The notes under the pieces are model-generated. The model was not told the origin of the DNA and made no database searches. It saw only the letters and a list, made by a program, of their open reading frames with translations. Below, in pieces: positions 1 to 9,517 of a DNA stretch of 64,000 nucleotides. The stretch's first letter is position 1. The number at the start of each line of letters is the position of its first letter. Made by a program: the position numbers and the translations under genes. The DNA comes from Spirochaetota bacterium (GTDB taxonomy: Bacteria > Spirochaetota > UBA4802 > JAFGDQ01), in the NCBI GenBank assembly GCA_043803405.1, contig JAZDKB010000018.1:96001-160000 (forward strand), written 5' to 3'.

Positions 1-515
1 GGAGTATAATCGATCGATTCAATCCCAAAACCATTCTCGTCCGCCCAGCGCAGGTACATTCTGTAAAGCATGAGAGCCCAGTCCTGGGACTCGGTTCCTC
101 CAGCTCCCGGATGAATAATAATGAACGCATTGTTTATGTCGTTCTCTCCGGAAAAAAGCTCAATGGTTTCCAGGTTGTTAAACCTTTTAATGACTTGCTC
201 CAGCTTTACAGATGCTTCTTTCAGCAGGCTTTCGTCCAATTCCGAAATTGCCATTTCGATCATTTCCCTCTCATCGGAAATGTCCTTGATCAGCTTATCC
301 CACGGCTCTATTCTCTTTTTCAGCCTGCTTATTTTAAGGTTTGCTTCAGTCGATTTTTCCTGGTTTTTCCAAAATTCTCCTTTATATGTTTCCTGCTCCA
401 GTTCTTTCAGATCTTTTTTTAAGCTGTTAATATTTAAAGATTCAAACAAATGCAGCGCCTTCTCGTAAATATTATTCAGCTCTTTTGAGATTTCCCTGTA
501 ATCGCGCTCTGCCAA
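1..515 (-). CDS. prfB: Peptide chain release factor 2, 5' part (runs off window)
   Basis: Manual minus-strand translation from TTG at 515: MAERDY...NAFIIIHPGAGGTESQDWALMLYRMYLRWA, the RF2 GAGGTESQDW signature. Not in the ORF track because its stop lies outside the window. Confidence 0.95.
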   Translation of the reverse strand, partial: MAERDYREISKELNNIYEKALHLFESLNINSLKKDLKELEQETYKGEFWKNQEKSTEANLKISRLKKRIEPWDKLIKDISDEREMIEMAISELDESLLKEASVKLEQVIKRFNNLETIELFSGENDINNAFIIIHPGAGGTESQDWALMLYRMYLRWADENGFGIESIDYT

Positions 516-576
516 TTTATTGTACCTTGAAATTCATTATGGTTACTTCTAAAATTTAAATTTTGATGTAACCATT

Positions 577-650
577 GGGAACGAATCAGCGTAAAAATCA
601 GGTTTTTTTATTTGAGGAAACAATAAAAAACCTGATTTTTCGAGGTTCCC
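577..650. repeat. Long imperfect palindrome upstream of prfB (MITE/REP-like)
   Basis: GGGAAC..AAAAATCAGGTTTTTT / AAAAAACCTGATTTTT..GTTCCC. Confidence 0.7.
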
Positions 651-784
651 TTATTATAATTATTCGTTACTCAAAGAAGGAATCGCTGGTAAAACGGGTA
701 AATTATTTTAGATTTTTGTCTACAAAAAAATATTAATACTGCGCAATAAGACTCTTAAATAAGAGGGAGAGTGGATATTGATTT

Positions 785-990
785 TCATATAAACATATCT
801 TTAAAAGAGATCAATTCAAGTTTTCCTACTTTATATGCTTTAAACCTGCTTTCTGCTTCATCTGCCTACGCTTTTTCTATATTTGGATCCGGTATATCCA
901 GGCTTTTTATTAATGCTTCAATAACAATAAATTTTTTCACAGGTTTAAGCTTTAATGGTTTATCAATAATTGTTCTTGAGTTAAGCTTAT
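785..990 (-). pseudogene. Addiction-module antitoxin (TIGR02574-like) pseudogene
   Basis: Reads ..LKLKPVKKFIVIEALIKSLDIPDPNIEKA*ADEAESRFKAYKVGKLELISFKDMFI; TAG at 866-868 where the family has a conserved Trp; no intact start codon; no toxin partner. Confidence 0.7.
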
Positions 991-1187
991 ATTATTCCTG
1001 TTATTATAGAGTAGATTATTTATTTGTTAATCCTGCTTGCAAAAAAAATATGTGTATTTTTATTTTAAGAAGGTATTTTATAAAAGAATATTTGTCAATA
1101 AATTTAGAATATAATATTTTTTTACTTTTTTTAAATCTTAAAGAAAAATTTTGTCACTTTAAGACTGTTTATTGGGCTATATACACA

Positions 1188-1217
1188 GGAAGGGCAGACA
1201 CATAGGTCTGCCCCTAC
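1188..1217. repeat. Degenerate GTAG-type REP
   Basis: GGAAGGGCAGAC-ACATAG-GTCTGCCCCTAC. Confidence 0.65.
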
Positions 1218-1384
1218 GGTTATAATAAATCGAAGGAGACTTTGCAGGGAGAATTTTTTCTCCCCCGATCGATTAACACAAATCTATTTTAGTATGCGAG
1301 ACATACTTTCCTGCATTCCTGTACTCAAACTCACTACTGGGAGAGGGGCCGGGGGTGAGGTCAAATTTAAACGGAGGTTATATT

Positions 1385-2236
1385 ATGTTGAACTGGTTTA
1401 AGAAAGAAAGCAAAGTTTTAAGAAAGAAAATTACGACAAGAGTGCTGGTAATAGCACTCGCTATAATTGCGTTCGCAGTAAGCGGGACTGTGTTGATGGC
1501 AGGATGGCTTGATGATAATCCAACAACTCCGGGTCAAGTTATTAATACCGATCCACCAACAGGCAATGTTAGTGAAAAAAATACGTTGTATGCAAAGACA
1601 CTAAGAACTTATGGCAGCGGAGTGTTATGGCTTTCAAAAAGAGATAGTCAAAGTGGAGGAGGGATAATTTGGGAGGGTGCAGATACTTATCAAGGTTGGA
1701 CTCAAGAAGTAGTTCAAAACTGTTTACGGTTTTTTTCTCATGATAATACAAATGCTGATAATTTTATTATTTATTCAAATGGTAATGTTAGAACAAAAGG
1801 TGTTCATACTTCTCAAAGTTACGCTTGCTCCTCAGACGTCCGTTACAAAAAAGACGTTTCAACATACTCAAACGCTTTAGAGAAAGTGCTTGGACTTCGC
1901 GGTGTGAGCTATTTCTGGAAAACAGACGAATACAAAGACAAGAATTTCAGCAAAGACAAACAGCTGGGATTTATTGCACAGGAAGTGGAAAAAGTAATAC
2001 CCGAACTAGTGTACACGGACGACAAAGGCTTTAAGACAATGAGCTACGACAGGCTTACTGCAGTTCTCGTGGAAGCAGTAAAAGAGCTAAAGGCACAGAG
2101 CGACGCGAAGATAAGCGTGCTTAGCAAAGAGAACGCAGAGTTAAAGCAAAGGCTCGCGAAGCTGGACGCTGTCGTAGCAGACAGGCTGGCTAAGCTGGAA
2201 AAGGCGGTGGAGAAGCAACAGCTGGCGCAGAAGTAA
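1385..2236 (+). CDS. Exported protein with C-terminal peptidase S74 (intramolecular chaperone) domain and coiled coil
   Basis: N-terminal basic + hydrophobic segment; SSDVRYKKDV, GFIAQEVEKVIPELV, YDRLTAVLVEAVKEL motifs; RBS GGAGG before ATG 1385 (ORF track starts 1355). Confidence 0.85.
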   Translation: MLNWFKKESKVLRKKITTRVLVIALAIIAFAVSGTVLMAGWLDDNPTTPGQVINTDPPTGNVSEKNTLYAKTLRTYGSGVLWLSKRDSQSGGGIIWEGADTYQGWTQEVVQNCLRFFSHDNTNADNFIIYSNGNVRTKGVHTSQSYACSSDVRYKKDVSTYSNALEKVLGLRGVSYFWKTDEYKDKNFSKDKQLGFIAQEVEKVIPELVYTDDKGFKTMSYDRLTAVLVEAVKELKAQSDAKISVLSKENAELKQRLAKLDAVVADRLAKLEKAVEKQQLAQK

Positions 2237-2258
2237 AGATGAAATTACTGTCTAGCAT

Positions 2259-2286
2259 GTAGGGGCACGGCTTGCCGTGCCCCTAC
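2259..2286. repeat. GTAG REP
   Basis: GTAGGGGCACGGC-TT-GCCGTGCCCCTAC, same as REPs around the RAYT. Confidence 0.9.
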
Positions 2287-2309
2287 ATGGCAAATTAAAT
2301 CTTACAGAT

Positions 2310-2340
2310 AGCCCACGGTTTTGTAGGCCGTGGGCTTTAT
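2310..2340 (+). terminator. Probable intrinsic terminator
   Basis: AGCCCACGG..CCGTGGGCT followed by TTAT after the S74 gene. Confidence 0.55.
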
Positions 2341-2371
2341 ATTGCGGAGTTATACAACAAAATCGGTTTTC

Positions 2372-2415
2372 AATAAAAGAACAATGCTGCCGAAAGGCAG
2401 CATTGTTCTTTTATT
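2372..2415. terminator. Perfect 20-bp hairpin with GAAA loop (bidirectional terminator-like)
   Basis: AATAAAAGAACAATGCTGCC-GAAA-GGCAGCATTGTTCTTTTATT. Confidence 0.7.
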
Positions 2416-2485
2416 AAGAATAAAAAATATTCTTTGACAATTTTATAAATATTTCTTAAGTTAATATATAATTATAGAGGGAAAA

Positions 2486-2716
2486 ATGATTAACTCGGAA
2501 ATACAAAAAGAAATAATAAATGATTTAAGTAATCTTCCAATTGAATTACAAAAAAAAGTTAAAGAATTTACGCATACTTTATTGCTTACAAAATCGAAAG
2601 GTATTCCGGGACGGGATATATTAAAATTTTCCGGAATAATCGATGATAATAATGCTGAAGAATTACGTAAAATAATCGACGAAGGCTGCAGTAAGGTTGA
2701 TTATAATGAATGGTAA
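2486..2716 (+). CDS. Antitoxin (DUF2281-like) of VapC module
   Basis: 76 aa, IINDLSNLPIELQKKVKEF motif, overlaps PIN toxin. Confidence 0.75.
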   Translation: MINSEIQKEIINDLSNLPIELQKKVKEFTHTLLLTKSKGIPGRDILKFSGIIDDNNAEELRKIIDEGCSKVDYNEW

Positions 2717-3095
2717 ATATTTGCTGGATACGAATATTGTTATCGACCTTTTTAATGGGAAAAAGCAAATAACAAATTTGCTGGAAACTATTCCTCAAAT
2801 ATTTATTTCAAATATTACTATTGGTGAACTTTATTATGGATCGTTTAAGTCCAGGCAAAAAGATGAAAATATAAAAAAAATAGAAGAGTTTGTTATTAAT
2901 TCCTCAATACCTGATTCTAATATTGATACATCAAAAATATATGGACTTACTAAAAGTGAATTAAGTAAAAAAGGAAAACCTATCCCGGAAAATGATATCT
3001 GGATTGCCTCAATAGCTATACAATATTCGTTAACATTACTATCAAAAGACCTGCACTTTAAACATATTGAAAATCTCTCCTCAGAAATATTGTAA
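2706..3095 (+). CDS. vapC: VapC PIN-domain toxin
   Basis: YLLDTNIVI, ITIGELYYG, PIPENDIWIASIA, DLHF. Confidence 0.92.
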   Translation: MNGKYLLDTNIVIDLFNGKKQITNLLETIPQIFISNITIGELYYGSFKSRQKDENIKKIEEFVINSSIPDSNIDTSKIYGLTKSELSKKGKPIPENDIWIASIAIQYSLTLLSKDLHFKHIENLSSEIL

Positions 3096-3130
3096 ATATA
3101 TTTTATTCTAAAACATATAGGCACGTCAGT

Positions 3131-3394
3131 ACAGGAAGTGGAAAAAGTAATACCCGAACTAGTATACACAGACAGCAAAGGCTATAAGACAATGAGCTAT
3201 GACAGGCTGACTGCTGTTCTCGTGGAAGCAGTAAAAGAGCTGAAGGCGCAGAGCGACGCGAAGATAAGCGCACTTAGCAAGGAGAATGCTGAGTTAAAGC
3301 AAAGGAAAGGCTTGCGACGCTGGATGCTGCCGTTGCAGACAGACTTTCTAAGCTGGAAAAAGCGGTGGAGAAGCAAAAGCTGGCGCAGAAATAA
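3131..3394 (+). pseudogene. Orphan diverged 3' copy of the S74 gene (matches 1978-2236)
   Basis: Codon-by-codon alignment with mostly third-position changes and an AAAGG duplication frameshift near 3305. Confidence 0.9.
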
Positions 3395-3397
3395 AGA

Positions 3398-3470
3398 CCC
3401 CCTTGGCCGCTTCGCGGCCATTCCCCTACTCCGCCTTTAGCTCTGTACCTTCGGCCTTAATAATGGGGAA
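3398..3470. repeat. GGCCGC/CCCCTT double-hairpin repeat (family also at 28382, 29240, 31613)
   Basis: CCCCCTTGGCCGC-TTC-GCGGCCATTCCCCT...GGGGAA. Confidence 0.75.
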
Positions 3471-3574
3471 CAATCATTGCTGATACGGGAAATATGTGAC
3501 TGGCGCAAGATAATTGCAAACAATCGGATTTATACAATTAAATCGGTTTTCAATAATAGAACCCTTTTCAATTG

Positions 3575-3877
3575 TCATTCAAGATTGAAGAATTTATTCA
3601 GGTTCAATACCTTAATTGTATCCTTTACTTTTGAAGTTAAGTTTATTAAGGACATCTTTTTTTGCGATCCTTCCATAAACTGTACAAAATTAACAAGCAT
3701 GGCAATGCCCGCTGAATCGAGATATTTGACTTTTGCTAAATCAATAATTATTTTTTTATCTGGCTTTATCGATACAGCATTTTTTAAATCCTTTAAAATA
3801 GTCACAGCATTGTTGTTACTAATTGTTTCTTCAAGTATTGTAATTAAAAATTCTTTGTCTGTATTAACTGAAATCAT
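3575..3877 (-). CDS. STAS-domain anti-sigma factor antagonist
   Basis: IIIDLAKVKYLDSAGIAMLV motif. Confidence 0.9.
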   Translation of the reverse strand: MISVNTDKEFLITILEETISNNNAVTILKDLKNAVSIKPDKKIIIDLAKVKYLDSAGIAMLVNFVQFMEGSQKKMSLINLTSKVKDTIKVLNLNKFFNLE

Positions 3878-4047
3878 CGTACCTGCTTTGTAATATTAAT
3901 TTAAAATATTTCATTATATTTTTGATAAATTTAGTAACAAATTTATATCGATCCGTTAAACGATACATATATAATATTTATATACAGTAAAAAAATAAAT
4001 AATTCAATCGAATTTTCTATAAATATTCAATTTAATAAATTTCATTA

Positions 4048-5046
4048 TCACTTTGACAATTTAAACAAGCGAACATTATCTTCATGCAGTATCCATTGAT
4101 ACTTGCCATCATAATGAGATTTATGCGGCATAGCTAGAGTATCTATTGTATCAATAAGACTTAAGTCCAACGGATTAACTATTTTTACATTTGCATTTGA
4201 GTTATCGGTAATCCAGATATACTTGCCGTCATAATCTGCATGGCACAGCCATAAACAATCTGTAAGAGTACTGCTTTGAATAACGGCAGCAGTGGCTGTG
4301 TCTATTTTATATATATTGCCGGTCATGCATGCAGCTATTATATTGATGCCGTCAAAACATATTGCCCATACATTAGATAGTCCATTTATTACTGTAAAAC
4401 TCCGATCTTCAGGTTTAATCCTGACTATAGAACCGGAAGAACTGCAGGTGACCCATAAGTAAGTTCCATCGAAACACATGTGTCGTGCGCCGTCGAGTAT
4501 TATTCCCTCGTATGAATATATTTCATTTGTTTCCGGATTAATTCTGTGCAATCTTTTAGTTGTTCCTCTGTCTGCTGCCCATATATATTTGCCGTCATAA
4601 GCAAGAGCTCTGACATCATCAAATGTAGAATGATCTTCCCATTCACTTTCCAGAGAATTTTTATTTATTTTTTGGAGATAAAAACTGCCAATACCTGCGG
4701 CGCCAGTGGAGCCGCCTGCTGTCCATAAATAATCTCCAACCAGTACCATTCGATATGCTTTTTGGGGGATGGCTTTGTAAATTAGTTCATGTGTACTTAT
4801 ATTGATCTTATATAAATAAGCATTAGGAGGATTTGCAAATCCTCCAATATACAAGTATTCACATTCCTGAGCAAAACTGACACTGCCTGTTTCACTGGGG
4901 CCGTTCAGATTAATATATGTTTCGGAGGAATAGAAGTATGGCTGGCATTTCGGGGTTTGCTGTATTTCAGAATCATTGGTATTATTGCTGCAGAAGCAAA
5001 GACTTGCGAAAAATAAAATAATTATAATCGGGATAAATTTCTTCAT
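4048..5046 (-). CDS. Lipoprotein, beta-propeller (YncE/Vgb-like)
   Basis: Signal ending LCFC; repeated [YF]DG.Y[IL]W blades. Confidence 0.75.
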   Translation of the reverse strand: MKKFIPIIIILFFASLCFCSNNTNDSEIQQTPKCQPYFYSSETYINLNGPSETGSVSFAQECEYLYIGGFANPPNAYLYKINISTHELIYKAIPQKAYRMVLVGDYLWTAGGSTGAAGIGSFYLQKINKNSLESEWEDHSTFDDVRALAYDGKYIWAADRGTTKRLHRINPETNEIYSYEGIILDGARHMCFDGTYLWVTCSSSGSIVRIKPEDRSFTVINGLSNVWAICFDGINIIAACMTGNIYKIDTATAAVIQSSTLTDCLWLCHADYDGKYIWITDNSNANVKIVNPLDLSLIDTIDTLAMPHKSHYDGKYQWILHEDNVRLFKLSK

Positions 5047-5172
5047 TATCTTCTCCGGATACTAATTTTATTATTATAAAGTATATCTTTTTAATATAAT
5101 AATAAAATTAAGAAATACAAAAAAAAGATATAAAATTTTTGTAATAATTGAGGGTTGGAATAATGATGCCAA

Positions 5173-5226
5173 TTACAAATTCATTATAATATCAACAAGC
5201 TGATCAGCTCCGTTTTCCTCGAAGTA
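5173..5226 (-). pseudogene. Orphan 3' remnant of the 9518-10393 gene
   Basis: YFEENGADQLVDIIMNL* vs YFDENGADQLVDIIMNL*; 5 nt differences, 4 synonymous. Confidence 0.85.
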
Positions 5227-5312
5227 GTTTTACTATTCTAACAAATGTTTGACATAAATAAGATATTTTAAAGAATAACTTGAAGAAGCACTTTTCTAAA
5301 AGGATATTAAAT

Positions 5313-6269
5313 ATGCCGCAAAAAATCCTCCTCATCCCAAACATGCCTTTCTGGTCGGTTGATAAATGTGCTAAAGATCTGATTAAATATAATAAATCTG
5401 ATCTGGTGATAGATGTTATGTATTTTAATGAATTTATTGATAATTGGGAAAAAATATCAGTTAAATATGATTTAATATATCCGATGGTAAATAAACTTTT
5501 TTACGACTTTTTAGCAAGGAATATTCCTGTGAACAAGGCTATTACTGGAGTTTTGTCTTATACGTCGTGGGATAATCAAAAAACATTACCTCCGGGAAAT
5601 AATGTAAAGCCTCCGAAAAGTGATATTAAAAAACTTCGTAAAGCTGCAGGAGTAAATACTATATGCCGGAAGCTATGGGATTTATTCAGTCCGCATATTC
5701 CAATAGTTCATACTAAATATACATGTGATCTTGAAAAATTCTATCCTGATAAATTTATAAAAAATAGAAAATTAGTTGTTGGGTGGGCTGGGAGTTTGAC
5801 TAATAACGGATTGATAAGAGGAGTTCATGATATTATAAAACCTGTGTGCAGCAGATTTGATGAAATAGATCTGAAAGTTCAATGTGTAGAAGAAATGTGG
5901 ATAAAAGATGATGATATAATGCGTGAATTTTATAATAGTCTGGACCTGTATATTTGTGCGTCAAAAAGCGAAGGTGCTCCGCGTCCGGTTTTGGAAGCTG
6001 CCGCATGCGGAGTGCCGACCTTATCCGTTGATGTCGGTATTGTACCTGAACTTATTGAGAATAATGTGAACGGTTTTATTGTGGAAAGAACGCAGGAAGC
6101 ATTTTTTAATAAGTTAAAGTATATTATTAAAAATAAAGACATGCTTCCGGAAATGGGAATGAAAGTCAGAGAAAAGATGGAAAAAGAATTTAATTGGAAA
6201 AATATTATACACCAATGGACGGATTTTTTTAAAAAAGCTATTAAATTAAGGCATTGGGAAGAAAAATAA
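5313..6269 (+). CDS. Glycosyltransferase family 4
   Basis: SKSEGAPRPVLEAAACGVP EX7E motif; start taken at ATG 5313 (track 5280). Confidence 0.9.
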   Translation: MPQKILLIPNMPFWSVDKCAKDLIKYNKSDLVIDVMYFNEFIDNWEKISVKYDLIYPMVNKLFYDFLARNIPVNKAITGVLSYTSWDNQKTLPPGNNVKPPKSDIKKLRKAAGVNTICRKLWDLFSPHIPIVHTKYTCDLEKFYPDKFIKNRKLVVGWAGSLTNNGLIRGVHDIIKPVCSRFDEIDLKVQCVEEMWIKDDDIMREFYNSLDLYICASKSEGAPRPVLEAAACGVPTLSVDVGIVPELIENNVNGFIVERTQEAFFNKLKYIIKNKDMLPEMGMKVREKMEKEFNWKNIIHQWTDFFKKAIKLRHWEEK

Positions 6270-6309
6270 TTTTTTAAAATATTTAGAATCAATATTTTCT
6301 GAATATGGA

Positions 6310-7677
6310 TTAACTTGCACTCCAGAAAAAATTAAAAGCTCCTGTGCCGGTTCCAGATGTCCCATATGTTTCCCAGTTTGATCCGGAAATGTCATCAAAA
6401 GCTACTAATCTGTCTAATGTTTCATCCTTTTCATCTGTTATATAAATTTTTCTATTTGTTAAAGCAACGAATCGTCTGGGACCATAAAAATCGTCACTCG
6501 TATTTAAAGGATTTTCAAGTAATGATTGCTGATTTTGAAGATTTGTATCCAGGCTGAAAACATAATTACTGGCCGGAGTCCAGTTATAATAAGAAGAAAC
6601 GTATACAGAATTTCCCTTAATATGGATATCAAATAAATTTGTGAAGCTGTTTTGATAAAAAGCTAATACCTGCTGGGTAGTCGGATTATATTTAAATACA
6701 GTTTGTACTGGTGCCAAAGAAGTATTATCCAGTCCAGCAATATATAACACTCCGCTATCATCTACAGTAATTCCAAATATAGATGTAATTTGATAATTAA
6801 CATTTACATTTGAAGTTATATTTAATCCGGTCTCATTATTACCATCAAGATCAGATCTATATAAGATATAACTGGCTAGAGTATCAGATACTGCATAATA
6901 TACAAAATCATTATTTCTGTCGACAGCTATGGCAGTAATCCCATAATCATATTCAGGCTCTGAAAAGTTAGTATAATTTGTTCCTGATATATTATCAACT
7001 CTTAATACACAATTTACACCCATTCCGCTTCCGCCATAATTATTTGCAATAAATATTCTGCCGTTTGAATCAAAATCAATATCATATGGGCGAAATTGAG
7101 TTGATGCTGTAAATGGATCAGTAGTACTTAAAGCTGCAACATTTGTACCGGTCAATGCAGTCCAGCCAGTAACTGCCATCCCATCAATCTGCACAATTCT
7201 TTGATTCAGATAATCCGGTATCACAATCTTCGTCTCGTAAAGCCCCATGGTAATCGGTATATCAACAGTTTCCCCGCCAGCAAGATCGCGTGTTGCTGCT
7301 CCGCGCAAAGTAGCGCTGGCAGTGTACGCTAGCACTTCGAATGTGCGCGCGCTGCCGGACGGGACTTCTACGGTAATGGAATCTGGCAAAGGGAGTGTTG
7401 TATAACTCTGCGTGATTGTATCCATGCCGGAACCGGTAATGTTAAGCGTAAGCGAAGTAATGTGCGACGGCGCGCTCTGCGCTTCGGCGTTCTTAGCAAA
7501 GAAGCATAACACGCGGTCGAGAATGGAGCTTTCGGGAACATTAAAGGCTGCCTTGTTGTTCAGACCAAGATTTATGCGGATTGTTACGCTTGAAGTGCCT
7601 TCGGGTGAGCAGGTGAGAATCGATATTGATATTATAATTGCTAAAATTAATATTATTATAAAATATTTATTTTTCAT
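6310..7677 (-). CDS. Surface lipoprotein, conserved N-terminal domain + beta-propeller; paralog of 10397-11704
   Basis: Lipobox-like ILTC; PYDIDFDSNGRI and similar blades. Confidence 0.8.
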   Translation of the reverse strand: MKNKYFIIILILAIIISISILTCSPEGTSSVTIRINLGLNNKAAFNVPESSILDRVLCFFAKNAEAQSAPSHITSLTLNITGSGMDTITQSYTTLPLPDSITVEVPSGSARTFEVLAYTASATLRGAATRDLAGGETVDIPITMGLYETKIVIPDYLNQRIVQIDGMAVTGWTALTGTNVAALSTTDPFTASTQFRPYDIDFDSNGRIFIANNYGGSGMGVNCVLRVDNISGTNYTNFSEPEYDYGITAIAVDRNNDFVYYAVSDTLASYILYRSDLDGNNETGLNITSNVNVNYQITSIFGITVDDSGVLYIAGLDNTSLAPVQTVFKYNPTTQQVLAFYQNSFTNLFDIHIKGNSVYVSSYYNWTPASNYVFSLDTNLQNQQSLLENPLNTSDDFYGPRRFVALTNRKIYITDEKDETLDRLVAFDDISGSNWETYGTSGTGTGAFNFFWSAS

Positions 7678-8042
7678 AACTGCACCTCGAATACTTATTC
7701 TGTAATCTCATTTTAGTAATCAATAAACGCTTAATTAAGAGCTATGTCCAATACATTATTAAAATATATATTTAATATATTATTGTCAATAATGTATACT
7801 ATTATTCCTGATAAATAGATATTTGAGAAATCTGATAATTTTTTTAAAGATAATATAGTAAATATATAAAAACAGTTTAAAAGAAAAATTATCTTAGGGA
7901 TTGAATCATTTATAAAATAAATTGACTTTTATAATTATAATTAATATATCTATATTACTGCATAAATTATTATACCGAATCTGCATATTTATTTTTCCTG
8001 TGATAAACAAATGAAAAAACTCTGTAAAATAGGAGAATTTTT

Positions 8043-8630
8043 ATGGCAAAAAGAAAGAAACTAATAATCGATAAAAAATTTCAGTTTAAGACTATTTTTA
8101 AAATAATCGGAGTTGTTTATTCAATAATTGCGATTGTAGTAATTGCAATAGTTATAAACGCAGCTTCGAATAATAAAAAGCTTTCTGAGATTATGGAAAG
8201 ACAGAAGACGGCTATCCAGATACAGAAAGATGTTCAGTCTGCTCTAAGAGTATTATCCAAAGAGAAAAACTGGAAGACCATGAAGCTGGCCGGTGATGAA
8301 ATATCAAAAAACATTGAATTTAACCTGGAAGCAATAAATAAGAATTCAGATGCAATAAACAGCATAGCGCAAAATAATTCAAAACTGCTGTATGGAATTA
8401 TTCTTTTCAGTTTAGTACAGGCTGTTGTTATGTTTTTCTTGCTTATCAGAACAACTCACCAGATATCAGGGCCTATCTACCATATTTCCGCATATATAAG
8501 GGAGATTATAAATGGGAAATATCCTGATATCAGGCCTCTTAGAAAGAACGATGAATTAAAAGAATTTCATGAGCTTTTTGCGCAGATGGTGGAATCATTA
8601 AAACAGAAAAAGAAGCGGAAAAAAGGATAA
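8043..8630 (+). CDS. Two-TM membrane protein with HAMP-like C-terminus
   Basis: Two hydrophobic segments; THQISGPIY..LRKNDELKE. Confidence 0.75.
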   Translation: MAKRKKLIIDKKFQFKTIFKIIGVVYSIIAIVVIAIVINAASNNKKLSEIMERQKTAIQIQKDVQSALRVLSKEKNWKTMKLAGDEISKNIEFNLEAINKNSDAINSIAQNNSKLLYGIILFSLVQAVVMFFLLIRTTHQISGPIYHISAYIREIINGKYPDIRPLRKNDELKEFHELFAQMVESLKQKKKRKKG

Positions 8631-8670
8631 GGGCGAAAGTTAGACTGGCTATCTGGTATTGAAGAAGTAG

Positions 8671-8865
8671 TTATGATCTGTTAAGTGATGAATTCGCTTC
8701 TTCAATACTGTGGAAAGGAAAAACTCCGCGTTTGCATACAGGCGGTGACAATCTGAATCCGATCTCGAACAACCGGGCAATTCGCTTAAAGTATACAGCA
8801 TCCGGATTATATGTCCATAAAGCGCGTCTTGCATCTTCAAAGGATTTATATTTATATATAGGCAT
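8671..8865 (-). CDS. Small protein coupled to nucleotidyltransferase
   Basis: 64 aa, start overlaps upstream stop; repeated SFEDA / SIEEA motif. Confidence 0.65.
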   Translation of the reverse strand: MPIYKYKSFEDARRALWTYNPDAVYFKRIARLFEIGFRLSPPVCKRGVFPFHSIEEANSSLNRS

Positions 8866-9338
8866 TATTTTTCTTCATTTTTTTGTTTTATAATATTTTG
8901 CAGAAAAATAGAATCTTCTTTATCAATAGGCCTTACAGTATCTTTTTTCATAGCATACAGGGTTTCTGCACTGGCTATTCGAACGCGAAGTCCATTAATT
9001 ACTTTTTCAGTATATTCCAGATCGTCGTATTTAAAAGCTTCCCCAAGACTGCAAAGAATATCTATATAAAATCCATCCGGCGAACCATATCTTATAACAG
9101 GATACTCTTTTAACATTTCCGGATTTATTTCGTTAATGCTTTCATCGGCAAAAACTGATAAAAGTGCGTGTTTAAGGCGGGAAATATTATTATCATCCTG
9201 TTTTATAAACAAGTCAATATCTTCCGTTAGCCTGGGTAATCCATATAGGATTATGGCAAATCCGCCGATTAAAATATATTCAACTTTTTCTTTTTCGAGC
9301 GCTTCCAGAATCTCCATAAACCTGCTGAAATAATCCAT
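8865..9338 (-). CDS. Nucleotidyltransferase family protein (DUF6036-like)
   Basis: LIGGFAIILYGLPRLTEDIDL; MKKDTVRPIDKED. Confidence 0.85.
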   Translation of the reverse strand: MDYFSRFMEILEALEKEKVEYILIGGFAIILYGLPRLTEDIDLFIKQDDNNISRLKHALLSVFADESINEINPEMLKEYPVIRYGSPDGFYIDILCSLGEAFKYDDLEYTEKVINGLRVRIASAETLYAMKKDTVRPIDKEDSIFLQNIIKQKNEEK

Positions 9339-9517
9339 ATTTGCTTATATCCCTCTAATCATTGTTATGGTACATTTTCAATAAGAGTCAAGATTATTTT
9401 GCCTTCTCGGTCAAATTAAGGGATTAGTTTTTCTTTTAAATATGAATTTGTTCGTAAGTAATGTGACGGTTTACAATGATTTAATTTATAGGATAATAAT
9501 AAAAATAATGGATAAAT

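Noticed and set aside
111..1205. Plus-strand ORFs 111-422, 121-468, 771-1205
   Set aside because: Antisense shadows of prfB and the antitoxin pseudogene, or AT-rich noise.
1385..2236. Prophage tail region
   Set aside because: No other phage genes; the protein has an export-like N-terminus.
1978..3394. Diversity-generating retroelement TR/VR pair
   Set aside because: Differences are third-position and not adenine-specific; no reverse transcriptase in the window.
3138..3893. ORFs 3138-3440 and 3477-3893 as real genes
   Set aside because: The first is the frameshifted S74 remnant; the second is antisense to the STAS gene.
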